Shown piece by piece: positions 1 through 11,374 of a stretch of DNA of 64,000 nucleotides (positions within the stretch are counted from its first letter, which is position 1; each line of letters begins with the position of its first letter). The stretch comes from Candidatus Latescibacterota bacterium (lineage in GTDB: Bacteria > Latescibacterota > CBDEFO01): NCBI GenBank assembly GCA_965237525.1, contig CBDEFO010000008.1, positions 128,001 through 192,000 of the forward strand. Reading direction: 5' to 3'. Made by a program: the position numbers and the translations under genes. Under the pieces are notes generated by a model. It was not told the origin of the DNA. It did no database searches and was given only the letters and a program-made list of their open reading frames with translations.

Positions 1-402
1 CAAATGTCTGATGACAAAACAACCGATATGCCGCATGCATCCCCACTTCCTGACAGAGCCGATTCTCACTCAAATTATACAGATAGCCAATAAGGATCAT
101 TCGAACAACTAATTCAGGATCAATACCGGGTCTGCCATTGTCAGGGCAATAACAATCTGATACAACGTCTCGTACAAATGAAAAATCAACTGCCTCATCA
201 ATCTGACGAAGGATATGATCCTCGGGAACTAAATCCTCCATCTGAAAATAGTGAAACATCGGATTTGTCTGTTCCTGCTTTTGTGGGGTCATTGTTTCCT
301 CCATGTATAATATTATCAATAACATAATATAATACATCGGAACTGCTTTATCAATGCTTGTTCTATACTACTTTCTGAATCTAAGGGTTTTTCACAAGGC
401 TT
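1..402 (-). mobile_element. IS1182-family element, copy 1 (left end and 5' part of transposase; runs off the window)
   Basis: Reverse complement matches the first ~400 bp of the element at 15075. Terminal repeat AAGCCTTGTGAAA ends at 402. Flank is CTAA in element orientation (403-406). Confidence 0.95.
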
Positions 403-1366
403 TTAGTTCGTCCTTTTCTTTTCTACCGAGTAATTTCAGCATGTATGTATCCTGATGTATCCTGAAAGGGATGATCTCCACATCAGACAATCCATCTGAG
501 CGATGGAACTGCACTCTGAGAATGAAACCGGTTTGTGTTTGTTCATACTTCTGATCGAACACACAGTTTCCCAGACTGTAGGCAATAAGACTGTTTCTCA
601 AGCGTTCAATCCCCTGCACCTAGTGAGGGCCATGTCCCACAACGAGATTGGCACCCATCTGAATTGCAGTATGCGCAAAATTCGTCTGGGCTTCCGAAGG
701 ATGGCTTGTATATTCCGTGCCCCAGTGAGGATATGCAATCACACAATCAGAGGTTTTTTTCGCTTCTTCGACATCCTTGAAAAAGCTTGTTAGAGAAATT
801 ACTGTATATCCTTTTTGGCTGTCAACCATCCGCAATTCGTTATTATCTATCCAGATAGAAAACAGTGCTATAGTGAATCCTTTTGTTCTGAAAAGTGTGG
901 GTTTTGATGATGACAGTCCCGAAGGTTTGATACCGTTGTTTTCAAGTGTCGTGATAGTTGACCGGACACCTTCTATACCGTAATCCATTGCATGATTATT
1001 CGCAATCGAACAGCAGTCAAAACCTGCAAGTTTCAATCCTGCAACAGCTTCTCCGTATGCGGGGAAACGAATGACTTCGTGGGTATAGGTTCCAGTGATA
1101 AGCGTATCGACGAACACGCATTCAAGGTTGCCGATTGAAATATCGGCAGATGCAATTTCATGATACACAGAGCGGAAGGGAAGCGCCGGATCAGCTGCTT
1201 TCTGCATAGCCCTACCGACGTGCCTGCCGAGCATAATGTCACCGACAAATGCTAATGTGATCTCTTCTTCGGCTTTCTCTGAAGAAATCGAACATGAAAG
1301 GACCATAATGTTTAGAGTGACAGCCAAAAGAATCAGTAATAATCGTGTGGGAATTAACCTTACCAT
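392..1366 (-). pseudogene. CapA/PGA_cap metallophosphatase-family protein with an in-frame TAG (620-622) and a C-terminus cut by the IS
   Basis: Motifs GDIMLGR, GNLE, ANNHAMDYG, HWGTEY, GHGPH*VQ, YSLGN. The last codons (KAL*) come from the IS end. Start placed at the ATG just after the upstream gene's stop. Confidence 0.85.
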
Positions 1367-1370
1367 AGCG

Positions 1371-4300
1371 CTATTTATCCACCCTGAAACTGTCAGTCCA
1401 AACCGGTAATGCCGGTTCTTTCCCCTTTTTGAGCATGGTTTTCCAATCCTCATCAGTCAACCGTCGCCCTTCAACAGGAAATTCGTAATAGGTGAAGACG
1501 CCGCCGCGGTTGATCTGTTTCTTTCCTTCAATTTCGACAATCACATCCATCTCACGGATTCTACCCACAGCTTCATGAAGAATTCGATTATTCAAACGGT
1601 CGTTGGCAACATCAGCAATAAGCGAAAGTTCCTCATGAAAAATTTGCCGAGTTGCCTCATAGAAAAATATACACAGATACTCAATTTCAGAACCATAGCG
1701 CCGTATGAATTGGTAATCATGCTCGCTAAATGACTCCCCTCGTAACTCTAATTCCGCAAGTACCTCGAGACGGTCAACGAGTTTTCTGAATTGTTGTGTT
1801 TTTGCAGCAAGTTCAGCAGGCAGCAGCCCCATATTTTCAAGGCCGCTGTAGCTCAGGTCGATCAGGTTGTTCAGGCGGCGAAAGAATTCAGGATTTGGTT
1901 CTACATATCCTTTAGGCTTCGGAATTACCGGCTCCCAACCTTCCCCACCCTCGCCGGCCTCTGCTGAGCTCTGCTTCACATAGAGAATTGTATCGTGACG
2001 AAGCTCAGTCCAGCTTGCAAGGGCGGTGGAAAGGCTCTTATCCTGCCAAGCATCATTACGCATGAACGGAGGATAGATCTCATCAAACTCGGGTAACAGT
2101 CCCCTGAGCATATAAAGCCAGCCCCAGTAGATGTTTTTGTTCCAATCTTCGATACTCACTGACAAGAACTCTCTTTTAAGGTCGGTAATACCGGTACTGA
2201 ACTTTTCATACTTAGTTGCCTCGAATACGCGGTCAAGGATGTCATAAGCCCTCTCCGAGCCGAGTACAGCCATAATGTCAAGCCCTCGTGGGAGAAGCCG
2301 TGGATTGTCAGAAGTACCGACCTCGGGGAAAACGAGTTTTTGATGAATGTAGCTGTCCGGTGTGAACCGCTGAGGCATGAATCTGAACGATCTGTCGTCC
2401 TGGGGTTGAATTCGAGGTCCCTCCTGCTGGCTGACTCGTGCCAAAAAACTGATAAGTTTCTGTTGCTCATAGAATTCTTCATTCGTATGATCTACAAATA
2501 TTCCATCCATCAAGTCTGCATACGTCTGGACATGAAAATCATCGCCGCCGCCGACAAAAAAGGACATCGTTGAAAAAAGTTTCTCCCAGGAATTGAGAAA
2601 ATTCGGATTCTTCAAAAGCAAGTGGGTAATAATTAGGGCTCGGCGAGTCTCAATTAGAGCCTTTTGAGGATTTTCACGGGATTCAGCTCTGAACTTAACC
2701 TGCCCGAGCCATAGCATAGCCTGAAAATACCTGCCCAGTGTCTCATTTTTTGTATAGTGTCCGCGGACAGTGAATTGTGTATAATCGATTCTTGTTCCCA
2801 GGACCGGCGACATGGTAACACCCTGATGTGCTCTTATAAATGAAACCTCCAGTGCTACACTGTCGTTTACGGTTTCCTGTGAGTTGGTCAGAAGATTTTC
2901 TGCCACACTGAAGAAATACTCCAAAAACAACAGATCATCTTTCATGGCCTGTGTTGTAGCTTCGTCTGAAAGCGAATGGATTTCTTTATGGCAGTTCTCC
3001 ACAAGCTCTTCGAGGAGGGGATACAGCTCTTTCTCTTCAACTATTCTGAGTGAGTAGTCAAAAAACAGATGAAACAGTTCGAGTGTGGAATCCACTGTGA
3101 TGAAGAGGGGTATCGGGTAATCGTTATACATGCTGTAAGATTCATAAAACCGATGAAACAGGTGGTGCTGTTTACCGGTTACAACAAACCGATTTTGATT
3201 GAGCTTATCAGCCTGATGCTGGGAATAATTCCGGTACTGCCTGAGATTGGAAACATTATGAAGAGGATAAGACACATCCTGAACAATCAGGCAATCATCT
3301 CCCTTAATAGCAGAAACAAATACAAACCTGCCGCCGTCCGGAGACCAGTCATAATCACCTGTCATTTCATAATCTAATACTAAAGGTTTTTCATCTGAGC
3401 CATCCAGAGCAGCATAATAAAGTGTTTTCTTATTTTGTGATGGTTTACGATATGTCAGTAAGGTTCCGTTAGGGATAATCTGCGGATTCTTTATGATACC
3501 TTCAACCGGTATTTGATGAATACCTTTGACTTTCTTCCCCCATTTTTGGCTGTTCCATCCCTCACAAAGTATCTTTTCCTGGCCTCTCTGACGTAAATAG
3601 ATAATCGTGAGACCTTCAGGTGACCACTCAGGTTGGTCAAAGCTTTCCTTTTCTGACTTTCCACCGACCACAAGAGTAGGAAAAGATCCATCTTCTCCAA
3701 CCATCCAGATCGTGCCATGATTATCTTTTACTGAATTATAGAGAATCGTATTCCCATCATACCTGTTCTTAGGGCCTGTTCTGTTAAAGTTTACGTTATG
3801 CCACTCCAGGGGAGCACAGCGTGGATGGAATTTATTAGATTCTCCATCTGACGTAATTTGAATTTCCCCTTTCCCGTCAGCATTCATGATCCAGAGTTCA
3901 TAGGTACGAGACTCGTTTGTGGAATACACGATTCTTCTGCCATCGCTCATCCAGAATGGATCAATCTCATCAGCCTGAGAATCGGTGACTTGAACTAGGT
4001 TCTCACCGGTTGCATTGATAATCCATATATCATGGTGGTCGTTATCGCCTGCAGCGAAAACGATCCGTTTACCATCGGGAGAGAATTGAGGATTAATTAC
4101 GTTTTGTAGCGGGACCGAAGCACCGAGAATCTCTTGGTTTTCAGCAATGACGGGAAAGTAAAATGCAGTTTTTATTGGTTGCTGTGATGGAAACGCCATA
4201 AACGATTGACTTTCAGAAAATACCGCCGAATCTGCTTGTATCTGTGTGGGCTCTGAAGACTTATTTTTGTCATTCCGAAAGAAAGCAATGTCCATAATGC

Positions 4301-4460
4301 TTAAGGTGATTCCACCCCGGTTACTACCGGCCATTTCGGAGTCAGTTTGCACTACGGCTACCGCAGAGGTCTGCGATTTGGTATGATAGTGAAGTTCCCA
4401 ACCAAGAATACTGGATAGTATAAAAACTGCTCCATACATTACTATTGTTTTAGTTTTCAT
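1371..4460 (-). CDS. DUF3160-domain protein with an N-terminal TolB/PD40-like beta-propeller
   Basis: N-terminal anchor, PQFSPDG/PEWSPEG/WSPDG repeats, then DUF3160 motifs (DYTQFTVRGHYT, YFQAMLWLG, LASWTELRHDTILY, KGYVEPNPEF, RLTDEDW). Confidence 0.9.
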   Translation of the reverse strand: MKTKTIVMYGAVFILSSILGWELHYHTKSQTSAVAVVQTDSEMAGSNRGGITLSIMDIAFFRNDKNKSSEPTQIQADSAVFSESQSFMAFPSQQPIKTAFYFPVIAENQEILGASVPLQNVINPQFSPDGKRIVFAAGDNDHHDIWIINATGENLVQVTDSQADEIDPFWMSDGRRIVYSTNESRTYELWIMNADGKGEIQITSDGESNKFHPRCAPLEWHNVNFNRTGPKNRYDGNTILYNSVKDNHGTIWMVGEDGSFPTLVVGGKSEKESFDQPEWSPEGLTIIYLRQRGQEKILCEGWNSQKWGKKVKGIHQIPVEGIIKNPQIIPNGTLLTYRKPSQNKKTLYYAALDGSDEKPLVLDYEMTGDYDWSPDGGRFVFVSAIKGDDCLIVQDVSYPLHNVSNLRQYRNYSQHQADKLNQNRFVVTGKQHHLFHRFYESYSMYNDYPIPLFITVDSTLELFHLFFDYSLRIVEEKELYPLLEELVENCHKEIHSLSDEATTQAMKDDLLFLEYFFSVAENLLTNSQETVNDSVALEVSFIRAHQGVTMSPVLGTRIDYTQFTVRGHYTKNETLGRYFQAMLWLGQVKFRAESRENPQKALIETRRALIITHLLLKNPNFLNSWEKLFSTMSFFVGGGDDFHVQTYADLMDGIFVDHTNEEFYEQQKLISFLARVSQQEGPRIQPQDDRSFRFMPQRFTPDSYIHQKLVFPEVGTSDNPRLLPRGLDIMAVLGSERAYDILDRVFEATKYEKFSTGITDLKREFLSVSIEDWNKNIYWGWLYMLRGLLPEFDEIYPPFMRNDAWQDKSLSTALASWTELRHDTILYVKQSSAEAGEGGEGWEPVIPKPKGYVEPNPEFFRRLNNLIDLSYSGLENMGLLPAELAAKTQQFRKLVDRLEVLAELELRGESFSEHDYQFIRRYGSEIEYLCIFFYEATRQIFHEELSLIADVANDRLNNRILHEAVGRIREMDVIVEIEGKKQINRGGVFTYYEFPVEGRRLTDEDWKTMLKKGKEPALPVWTDSFRVDK

Positions 4461-4516
4461 TGCAGCGCCTCTTTTGGTTTAATTTCCATACCACTGACGG
4501 CATATCGTTTTTTCCA

Positions 4517-5179
4517 TCATCGACCGGCAAGTTGAATATCACCATAACCTTGGGAGTCTTTTAAGATTACTGATAATGTAAATGGTTTATCATCGAGGAT
4601 TATTTCTGTCAACAGGTCGAATCCGAAACCGTTCCAGGTATAGACACACAGATACATGGTATTGCGGTTCTTTCGTCCGCGTTCGATAGTAATAAGCTCC
4701 TCTGCAGCGTCACCTGCCACATTACCAAATGCAGCGCATTCAAACGGCTTGCTCAGAAACGTTCCGCGCCACAGGGCATAGAGGTGATCATCACGCCAGC
4801 CATAGATATGGAGGCGGTTATCCTTTTGGGGATCACGGGGCTCTTTTTTATAGAGGGTGAGAGCAAGTTCATCGAAACCGTCCCCGTTGACATCGGCAAG
4901 ATCGATGGAACGGATCGGTGAGGGTGGGCTTTTCCAGAGCAGATCCTGACTGTTTCCATTCTGCCGATAAATCTCGATATAATTACTGTCAATGGCACCA
5001 CTGACCGGTGAAATCAGCACAATCCGGTTACTATCTGTGATGCCTGTTAAGCATCCGGTGCAGGATTTCAGGATTCGGTGAGAACCGGTTATGTCGGCCA
5101 TACGGGAGCGCACAACATATCCGGTCAAAAGTCCGGTTAGTATAATGAAGATGACAATACTGTTCAATCGAAATAGCAT
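4517..5179 (-). CDS. Membrane-anchored FG-GAP/VCBS-like repeat protein
   Basis: N-terminal hydrophobic segment; ADVNGDGFDEL and GNVAGDAAEEL motifs; first gene of the DUF3160-CapA operon. Confidence 0.7.
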   Translation of the reverse strand: MLFRLNSIVIFIILTGLLTGYVVRSRMADITGSHRILKSCTGCLTGITDSNRIVLISPVSGAIDSNYIEIYRQNGNSQDLLWKSPPSPIRSIDLADVNGDGFDELALTLYKKEPRDPQKDNRLHIYGWRDDHLYALWRGTFLSKPFECAAFGNVAGDAAEELITIERGRKNRNTMYLCVYTWNGFGFDLLTEIILDDKPFTLSVILKDSQGYGDIQLAGR

Positions 5180-5440
5180 GTGCTATTTTCTCGGTAGTAA
5201 TCTGTTTTACGGATGGTTATGTCTTGTAGTTCGCGGTCTGATGTCTTGAAATAAAGATTACTTCGATAAACCACTCTGGACAAATATGGCACTGAGGATT
5301 TGGAATAGGTTCAGGGAAATTTCGAGAACTTGATAGAGGAGCTAGTTTAAGTAAGAATAACCTTCGTAGTTTCTGCGGACATAAGGAAGAAGCCACTTAC
5401 ACAACAAAGCTGACGGCTTCTAATTACAAGTCTTTAGCTC

Positions 5441-5490
5441 TGATGGGCTATGTGCGATTCGAACGCGCGACCTTTGGTTCCGGAGACCCA
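5441..5490 (-). tRNA. 3' half of tRNA-Arg(CCG), degenerate; probable att-site remnant, not a functional tRNA
   Basis: Minus strand reads TGGGT-CTCCGGA-ACCAAAGGTC-GCGCG-TTCGAAT-CGCAC-ATAGCCCA: anticodon loop (CCG), T-arm and acceptor 3' strand. No D-arm or 5' half upstream. Confidence 0.75.
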
Positions 5491-5802
5491 AAATGTTTTC
5501 TCCTCGTGTTTCCTGTTGTTCCCTAACTCTTTACTTTATTTAGGCTAACAGCCTCTTACCTTTTACGGTGTTTCTTTGTTTTTCACTGTGTTTTGGCTCA
5601 TTCCAGTAGAAATTTAGTAGAAGAGTCTTTGAAAAATCTACCTATGGCTATTTAGTTTTCACAGATACGTCCGCAGGTATGAGCTAAGTAACGTATCCAG
5701 ACTAATGGAGGCTTTCTCACTTCCAGACTGAAAACATGATGCTCTGGTCTTTCGCAATTCTCTATTGACATCCACTATTTTATATTGTATGTTCACACCT
5801 AA

Positions 5803-6473
5803 TTGATCGACACCGCCGGGCACCTGGCTCACACAGTGCAACGGCACAGTCCTGAGCTGCAAAAGGTATTCCTCAAACGTGTCGAAACGCTGGTTTCCAA
5901 CATTGAGAGGCTGTTGAAGGTCTTCCGCGTCAACAACAAACGCGTCTTCTTCACGCGCCACGGTGCGCTAACCAGCGATGGTGGCGATCTCGTTTTACAC
6001 CGCCGTAGCCGAGAGGAAGTCGCGCTGGCTTCCACCAAAGGCGAATCAGGTCACAGGGCCATCAAGGGCGACCGCGCCTACGAGTTGCTCCTCGGCCCGG
6101 CGAGTCGCTCCTGGACAAAAACACCAGCAGCGCATTCCACACCAGCCCAATTGACCTCCATTTGCGAAATATGCAGATCGAGACCGTCGTGCTGACTGGC
6201 GTCGCATCGGACCAATGCGTGCTGGCCACGGCCATCGTTGCGGCTGAGCGCGGATTCCACGTCATTATCGCGACGGATGCCGTTGCCAACCTCGACGCGG
6301 GCAGCGCCGAAGCCACACAGTTCCTCTTCGGCCGCGTGTGGCGTTATGTGATGAGTACGGACGGCATCATTCACTGGATGACGACAGGACAGAAGCCAAG
6401 TGTGCCAATGTGGTTACTCCTTATAATTATTTCTGCTCATGCCGACGTAAAACGGTTCAAATGTCGTCAATAG
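5803..6473 (+). pseudogene. Isochorismatase/cysteine hydrolase, 5'-truncated and frameshifted near 6100
   Basis: Second frame gives DKNTSSAFH...LRNMQIETVVLTGVASDQCVLATAIVAAERGF; the first frame carries the N-terminal half. Confidence 0.75.
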
Positions 6474-6531
6474 AATCGGGTTCGGAAGTTTTTGGGCTTC
6501 ACCTCCAAGCCCACATGTCCCACTCGTTTAT

Positions 6532-7623
6532 TCAAAAATCGAAACCTCCTATATCAAAATCTCCAAGATCTAAATCTCCGATTGAGTCCAGCCATCCCCC
6601 GCTATCGGAAGCGATATCTCCAATTGATTCCGTCTCTTCCACGCTACCGGAACCGATCACGGTTGCCCCAGTGTCAATCGAAACTCCACTGGCATCGGCG
6701 CCCTCCGTGATAGAGATCCCATCAAACTGTTCAAAATCACTGGTACCCCAACTCTCCTCTGCCACCTCTGTGATTATGCCGCCGCTCGGCTCTACATAGG
6801 TAAAATTACTCTGGTGTAACGCTTGGGCTAACGCTTGGGCTTCCGTTAAATTGTGCCAATACCAGAGGTAGTACAAGTCCGACTCCGAGTCATAGCCGTA
6901 GAAGGGGTATCCGTAGTCAATATACTCTTCATAATCTCCTGCTTCAACACTTCTCTGCTTTCTCACGACGCGCGTTTCTGTTTCTACCTGGATACCTTCG
7001 ATCCCTAATCGGCGCTTAAAGCCCTCTTTGATCCGCTTCAGAAATTCCTCAAAGTGTGTTTGCAAACGCTGGCGGAACTGGTCGAAAGCTTCTTGGGAAG
7101 CAAAATAGCGTTCCGTCCGAGCGGAATAGGCTTCCGTTGATTCGTCACCTTTGCGTTTCAACTCAGAACTCAGCGCTGTGATGTGGATGACGATCGGATC
7201 CACGTCTGGGCGGTGTTGTCGGTAGATGTCAAAGTCAATGACGTAACTGAGGACGCCGTCATCGCGTTTTAGGATATAGTCGAACCGATCCAGATACCCT
7301 AGCTCCAGCCCCTCTTTCACTTTACGCTGCAACGCCTCCATCGCTAAATCAAGGTCGTTGGGAACATTCTCAAAGTCCTCGTAGATGACCGTATCTCCAA
7401 TCGCAACTCGCACCACATTATCGACACCACACTCCCGCAGTACCTCATTCGTTGATTGCACCACAGCCATCAGCTTAAACGTTTCCTGTTGAACTCGTGC
7501 ATCGGTATCTAACCATGAACCTTTCCTGATTAGATTCGCCACACCGCCGAAAAAATCTTTGGGCAGCATGAGTTGTACTTGCGTCCCTTTAAGATTGATC
7601 GAAACGGTCCCTCGCAAATACAT
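6532..7623 (-). CDS. Hypothetical protein with an acidic Gly/Asp/Ser-rich C-terminal tail, downstream of pspA
   Basis: 363-aa ORF from the ATG at 7623 with an AGGAGGT RBS; same strand as pspA. Confidence 0.8.
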   Translation of the reverse strand: MYLRGTVSINLKGTQVQLMLPKDFFGGVANLIRKGSWLDTDARVQQETFKLMAVVQSTNEVLRECGVDNVVRVAIGDTVIYEDFENVPNDLDLAMEALQRKVKEGLELGYLDRFDYILKRDDGVLSYVIDFDIYRQHRPDVDPIVIHITALSSELKRKGDESTEAYSARTERYFASQEAFDQFRQRLQTHFEEFLKRIKEGFKRRLGIEGIQVETETRVVRKQRSVEAGDYEEYIDYGYPFYGYDSESDLYYLWYWHNLTEAQALAQALHQSNFTYVEPSGGIITEVAEESWGTSDFEQFDGISITEGADASGVSIDTGATVIGSGSVEETESIGDIASDSGGWLDSIGDLDLGDFDIGGFDF

Positions 7624-7777
7624 GCTAGACCTCCTTGTAATGAAAGAAATGTGGGTCAACCACTACGAAATAGCGCTTCACAACGACGAAGGCGCGGATT
7701 AAACTCAAACGACTGTATCCTCTATAACAATTATGGCAGAATATAACCACTCGTGAGTGGTGGAGGGCAACATCCAA

Positions 7778-7800
7778 GGGCGGGGTTTGAAGCCCCGCCC
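7778..7800. repeat. REP-like GC hairpin GGGCGGGGTTTGAAGCCCCGCCC
   Basis: Near-perfect inverted repeat between pspA and its downstream gene. Confidence 0.6.
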
Positions 7801-7874
7801 GCGGATCGCCGATGTTGAGCAGCGCCAAAGGCAGTAGATCGACGTGGTTTCACAGTTTATTGAGCCTTGCGCAT

Positions 7875-8543
7875 CTACTTTTTCTTCATCTTTTCCTTCA
7901 AAGCTACAAGCTCATTGTCCGCACTGCCTTCCTGCTCGAGCTTGGCAAACTCGTCATCCAGCGAGTCTTCTCCTGCAAGCTCAGCGTGAGCCTCAGCTTC
8001 GGACTCGGAAGTTTCGATCTTCTGTTCCAATCTGTCAAAGCTTGCAAAAGCGTCTCCTCCCAGTCCTGAGACGCTTTGAGCGAGCTCTTTTTTTGCCTGC
8101 GCTGCTCTATGCCTGGCTATTAGAGTGCCCTGACGAACACGAGCCTCCTCAAGCTTTGTCTTCAACTGATCCAGCTGAGCCTTTAAATACCTGGATGTAT
8201 TTCTTGCCTCCTCCAGGACAGGCGAAAGATCATCTGCCGCCTTAGTCAGCGCAGTCTTTCTTTCCAGGGCTTTTCTGCCGAGGTCGTCGTTTCCCTTTTC
8301 TACAGCTAACATCGCCTTCCTCTCCCACTCTTTCGCCTGCTTCTTCTTATTTTCGTACTCCCTTTTCAATCTCTTCTGGTTGGCGATAGCCACTCCCACA
8401 GACGCTGTGGACTTATTTACCGCCGCCTCCATATCTATCACCATCTGCTTGATCATCTTCTCAGGGTCCTCAGCCCCGTCCAAAAGCGCATTGATGTTGG
8501 CTTTAGTGATGTCAACTGCGCGAGAAAACATTCCCTTTGCCAT
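7875..8543 (-). CDS. pspA: PspA/IM30 family protein (bacterial ESCRT-III superfamily)
   Basis: MFSRAVDITKANINALLDGAEDPEKMIKQ, coiled coil, FDRLEQKIE...AEA, ELVALK; AGGAGGT RBS. Confidence 0.95.
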   Translation of the reverse strand: MAKGMFSRAVDITKANINALLDGAEDPEKMIKQMVIDMEAAVNKSTASVGVAIANQKRLKREYENKKKQAKEWERKAMLAVEKGNDDLGRKALERKTALTKAADDLSPVLEEARNTSRYLKAQLDQLKTKLEEARVRQGTLIARHRAAQAKKELAQSVSGLGGDAFASFDRLEQKIETSESEAEAHAELAGEDSLDDEFAKLEQEGSADNELVALKEKMKKK

Positions 8544-8809
8544 TTTTGATTACCTCCTTTTGGTTAGTTATAGTGATAACCCTCATTTACGATTGAGTCC
8601 GTAAATTTCTGTAAATTTGGTTGAACCAAAAAAGGTCATCGCCCAACCGAGGGCGGGACGCCGTAGCGATTCTCTTTGCTGTCGTACCCGTCGTTCATGG
8701 ACCTGGCCAGGCATGCCGCCGATGTATTTGAATTCGTTCTCGTGCCCGCACAGCCACATGTACATCCGCGCCGAATCGTTACTCTCCAGGAAATTGCGGC
8801 CCAGCTCTG

Positions 8810-10388
8810 TCAGTGCTCTTGGAGGGCCTCGGCGATTCTGAAGGAATAAAGGCTGCAGTGTCGACTGTAGAAGCGAAGCTTCGCCCCTGTCGCAAGCACC
8901 TACGCCGGCAACTGGGACTTTCCACCCCAGCACACCACGTGCCTGGTCGAGTCGCCACGAAACGTTTCGCACGCAGAACGTTCGTACCCCGGCACCACGT
9001 CATCATTGGCGTCGGACAGCTCCACGTCGAGATACCCCTCTGGCTCGCACGCGACGTTCACAATCAACTGCCTGCCGTCACTGACGAAGGGACGTGTGAT
9101 CAGGAGGCCCTCCCGGATGGTTGAATCGATCGAGACGAACCCTTCCAGGCGGAGCGTTGCCAGACCCAGAGCCGTTTCGCCACCGTTCCATCCCGCACGC
9201 GCCTCGGGCACGTCCAGCCCTTCCTTCTCACCAAACCACCACCAGTCGTGATGGACATTGGCCCCGCCAAAGTAGATGCGTATCTCGTCGTCCAGGAACA
9301 GCGGTCTGCTGCAGACCTCCACCATATAGCAGTCCCATGCGCCCTCGGGGCTAACATCCAGGAAAGGTTGCCCCCGGCTGACCCACCTCCAATGGCAGCC
9401 GTCCCGGCTAGAGAGCAGATGGAAGCTCAACATGTTGTGCGTTCGGCGAAAGATGTTCAGGAAGGCGACATGAAGGTCTCCCATTCGGAAGCGCACCAGT
9501 CCATAGAACTCGTCATCGAGGTTGTCCTCAGCGTCGTCGGGGACAAGCATCTCCCGCAATACCGGCCAGTCCTTGATATCTTGGGAACTGAATGAGAAGA
9601 TTCTGCGCTTGCTCATCCGCCACGGATCATTGGGATAGTACGGCGGAGCCCATCCTCCAGCTACATCGTGCTTCGGGTTGAATGACGCCTCCTGCATCCC
9701 CCTGGCCCGCGTATCAAGGTAATACTCGCCCGCAACCGTGTCGGCGGAGAGGATGATCACATCGCCCAGTTGCCGTTCGGAGGACTGGCCGATCTGCAGC
9801 GGATGGTCATACGGTGTCCACCGACGGCCGAATGAGCCGTGGCGATTCTCGCCTCGTCGGGACCAGCCTTCTCGGTCCAGTAGATCGCCTTGTAGCGGTA
9901 GGTCTCCTCGGTCTCGAACGGATCCAACAGGACGGAGCAGGCGTGCACCTTGCCGTACCGCTCATTGTCCATGCAGATGTTTGTCTTCCGCCCGGCGATG
10001 CTCCGGCAGTCTAGCTCCGGCTTTTCCCAATGGATGCCGTCACTGGATTCCGCGTACAGTAACCGGTGGTCGCAGGTCTTGTGGAAGTCCCAGTGCAGCA
10101 GGTTGTCTGCGGACGGCTCCATGCTCATGAATGCTTCATAGTCGAAGCCTATGTCCTCGTACCAGAACTTGAACAGTTGCTCCTGTTCATCCCAATGCAC
10201 GTTCCAGGTGTTGGTGCGGACGAACACGACCTTTTCCCACGTCCTGTCCTTCCTCACAAGCCGATTCTCACCGTGCTTCCTCGGTTTGTGCATCATCCGC
10301 GTGACAAAGTTGACCATCTCGATCATGTAGTTGTCGAAAATAGTTGCGGTATCTGGCTGATGTTCAGCGGTGTGGGTGTGGTCCTCAT
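8810..10388 (-). pseudogene. Five-bladed beta-propeller (GH32/GH43-like) protein, fragmented
   Basis: Three consecutive ORF pieces (YAESSDGIHWEKP; SRDGCHW; GLATLRLEGFVS) joined by frameshifts, with an in-frame TAG at 8900 followed by LRFYSRHCSLYSF. Confidence 0.7.
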
Positions 10389-10546
10389 AGAGTTCGTCCT
10401 ATCTGTGATGCCGATTGGAGTGGCCGCGTCTTGGCCATGGTGTGTTCCTGTCGCAACCGGCCATCGTGCGGGTAAAGAGCCCGTGCGTGTACACGCTCTC
10501 AGGCCACATCAAGGCTCGAGGAACTCGATGATGGGCGGATGCCCGA

Positions 10547-10828
10547 TCAGATATCGGACGACGCGGGGGACTCAGCGTCCCATGGCATAGGTCTGGGCCT
10601 CGCTGTAGTCCTTGTGCTGCATGGGCAGGTCCGCCTCAGTTCGCCCTTGAGTCTTTCAATCTGTGGGACGTCGAGCACATCGGGCAGCACAACGTGGCCC
10701 TCCACCTCTAAGTGCCGGATGCGCTCGGCCAGGGTAAAGGAGCCGAAGTCGGTCCGGTCAATGTGCATGAAGCCAATTTCTTCGTCTTCTATATCCAGCT
10801 CGACATTACTTTGCGTGCTGCATCTCAT
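10547..10828 (-). pseudogene. N-terminal fragment of a phytanoyl-CoA dioxygenase (PhyH)-like protein
   Basis: IRHLEVEGHVVLPDVLDVPQIERLK is typical of the PhyH N-terminus; the frame is lost afterwards. Confidence 0.5.
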
Positions 10829-11374
10829 TATCCGAAAAACCTGACCTACGCCTCCTCACAGCCCGACGTTGTTCAGGCTCAGGCCTTTCACTCTCTGTAG
10901 TCATCACCGTAGTCTCCAGGCAGGATGTACAGGTCATAAAACGTAATGAGGACTCCTGAATTCCCTCATGTTCCTTCGCGGCCAGACCTAAATCGAAAAC
11001 GCCAGTATTGTCCGTCTCACCTTTGCCGCGATATGGAGTCTACCCATCAGAATAGCTCCCCGTACAGTCACATAAGATACATTCATCCATAACTTTCGTC
11101 AAGAAATATTACCCGCTATTGGCCATATTAAGCTCTAAGAATGGTTGTACTGTTGGCACAACATATTATATTACAATTGGTATAGCTTGTACTACAACCC
11201 GTGAAATCATAGTCAGCGCTACATACCAAAGATAAGTTGAGCTAAAATAATAGTATCTCTTTATGCATGTCAAGAATTTTATTGTAGATTTTTCATACCG
11301 CTCCCGTTGACAGAGCGACAAATATTTCGCAAATTGGGGTTTGAGGCTTGTCTCCGAGTGATGCTATCGGGGAT

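Noticed and set aside
5441..5490. Functional tRNA gene
   Set aside because: The 5' half is absent and the T-stem has a mismatch; reported only as an att-like remnant.
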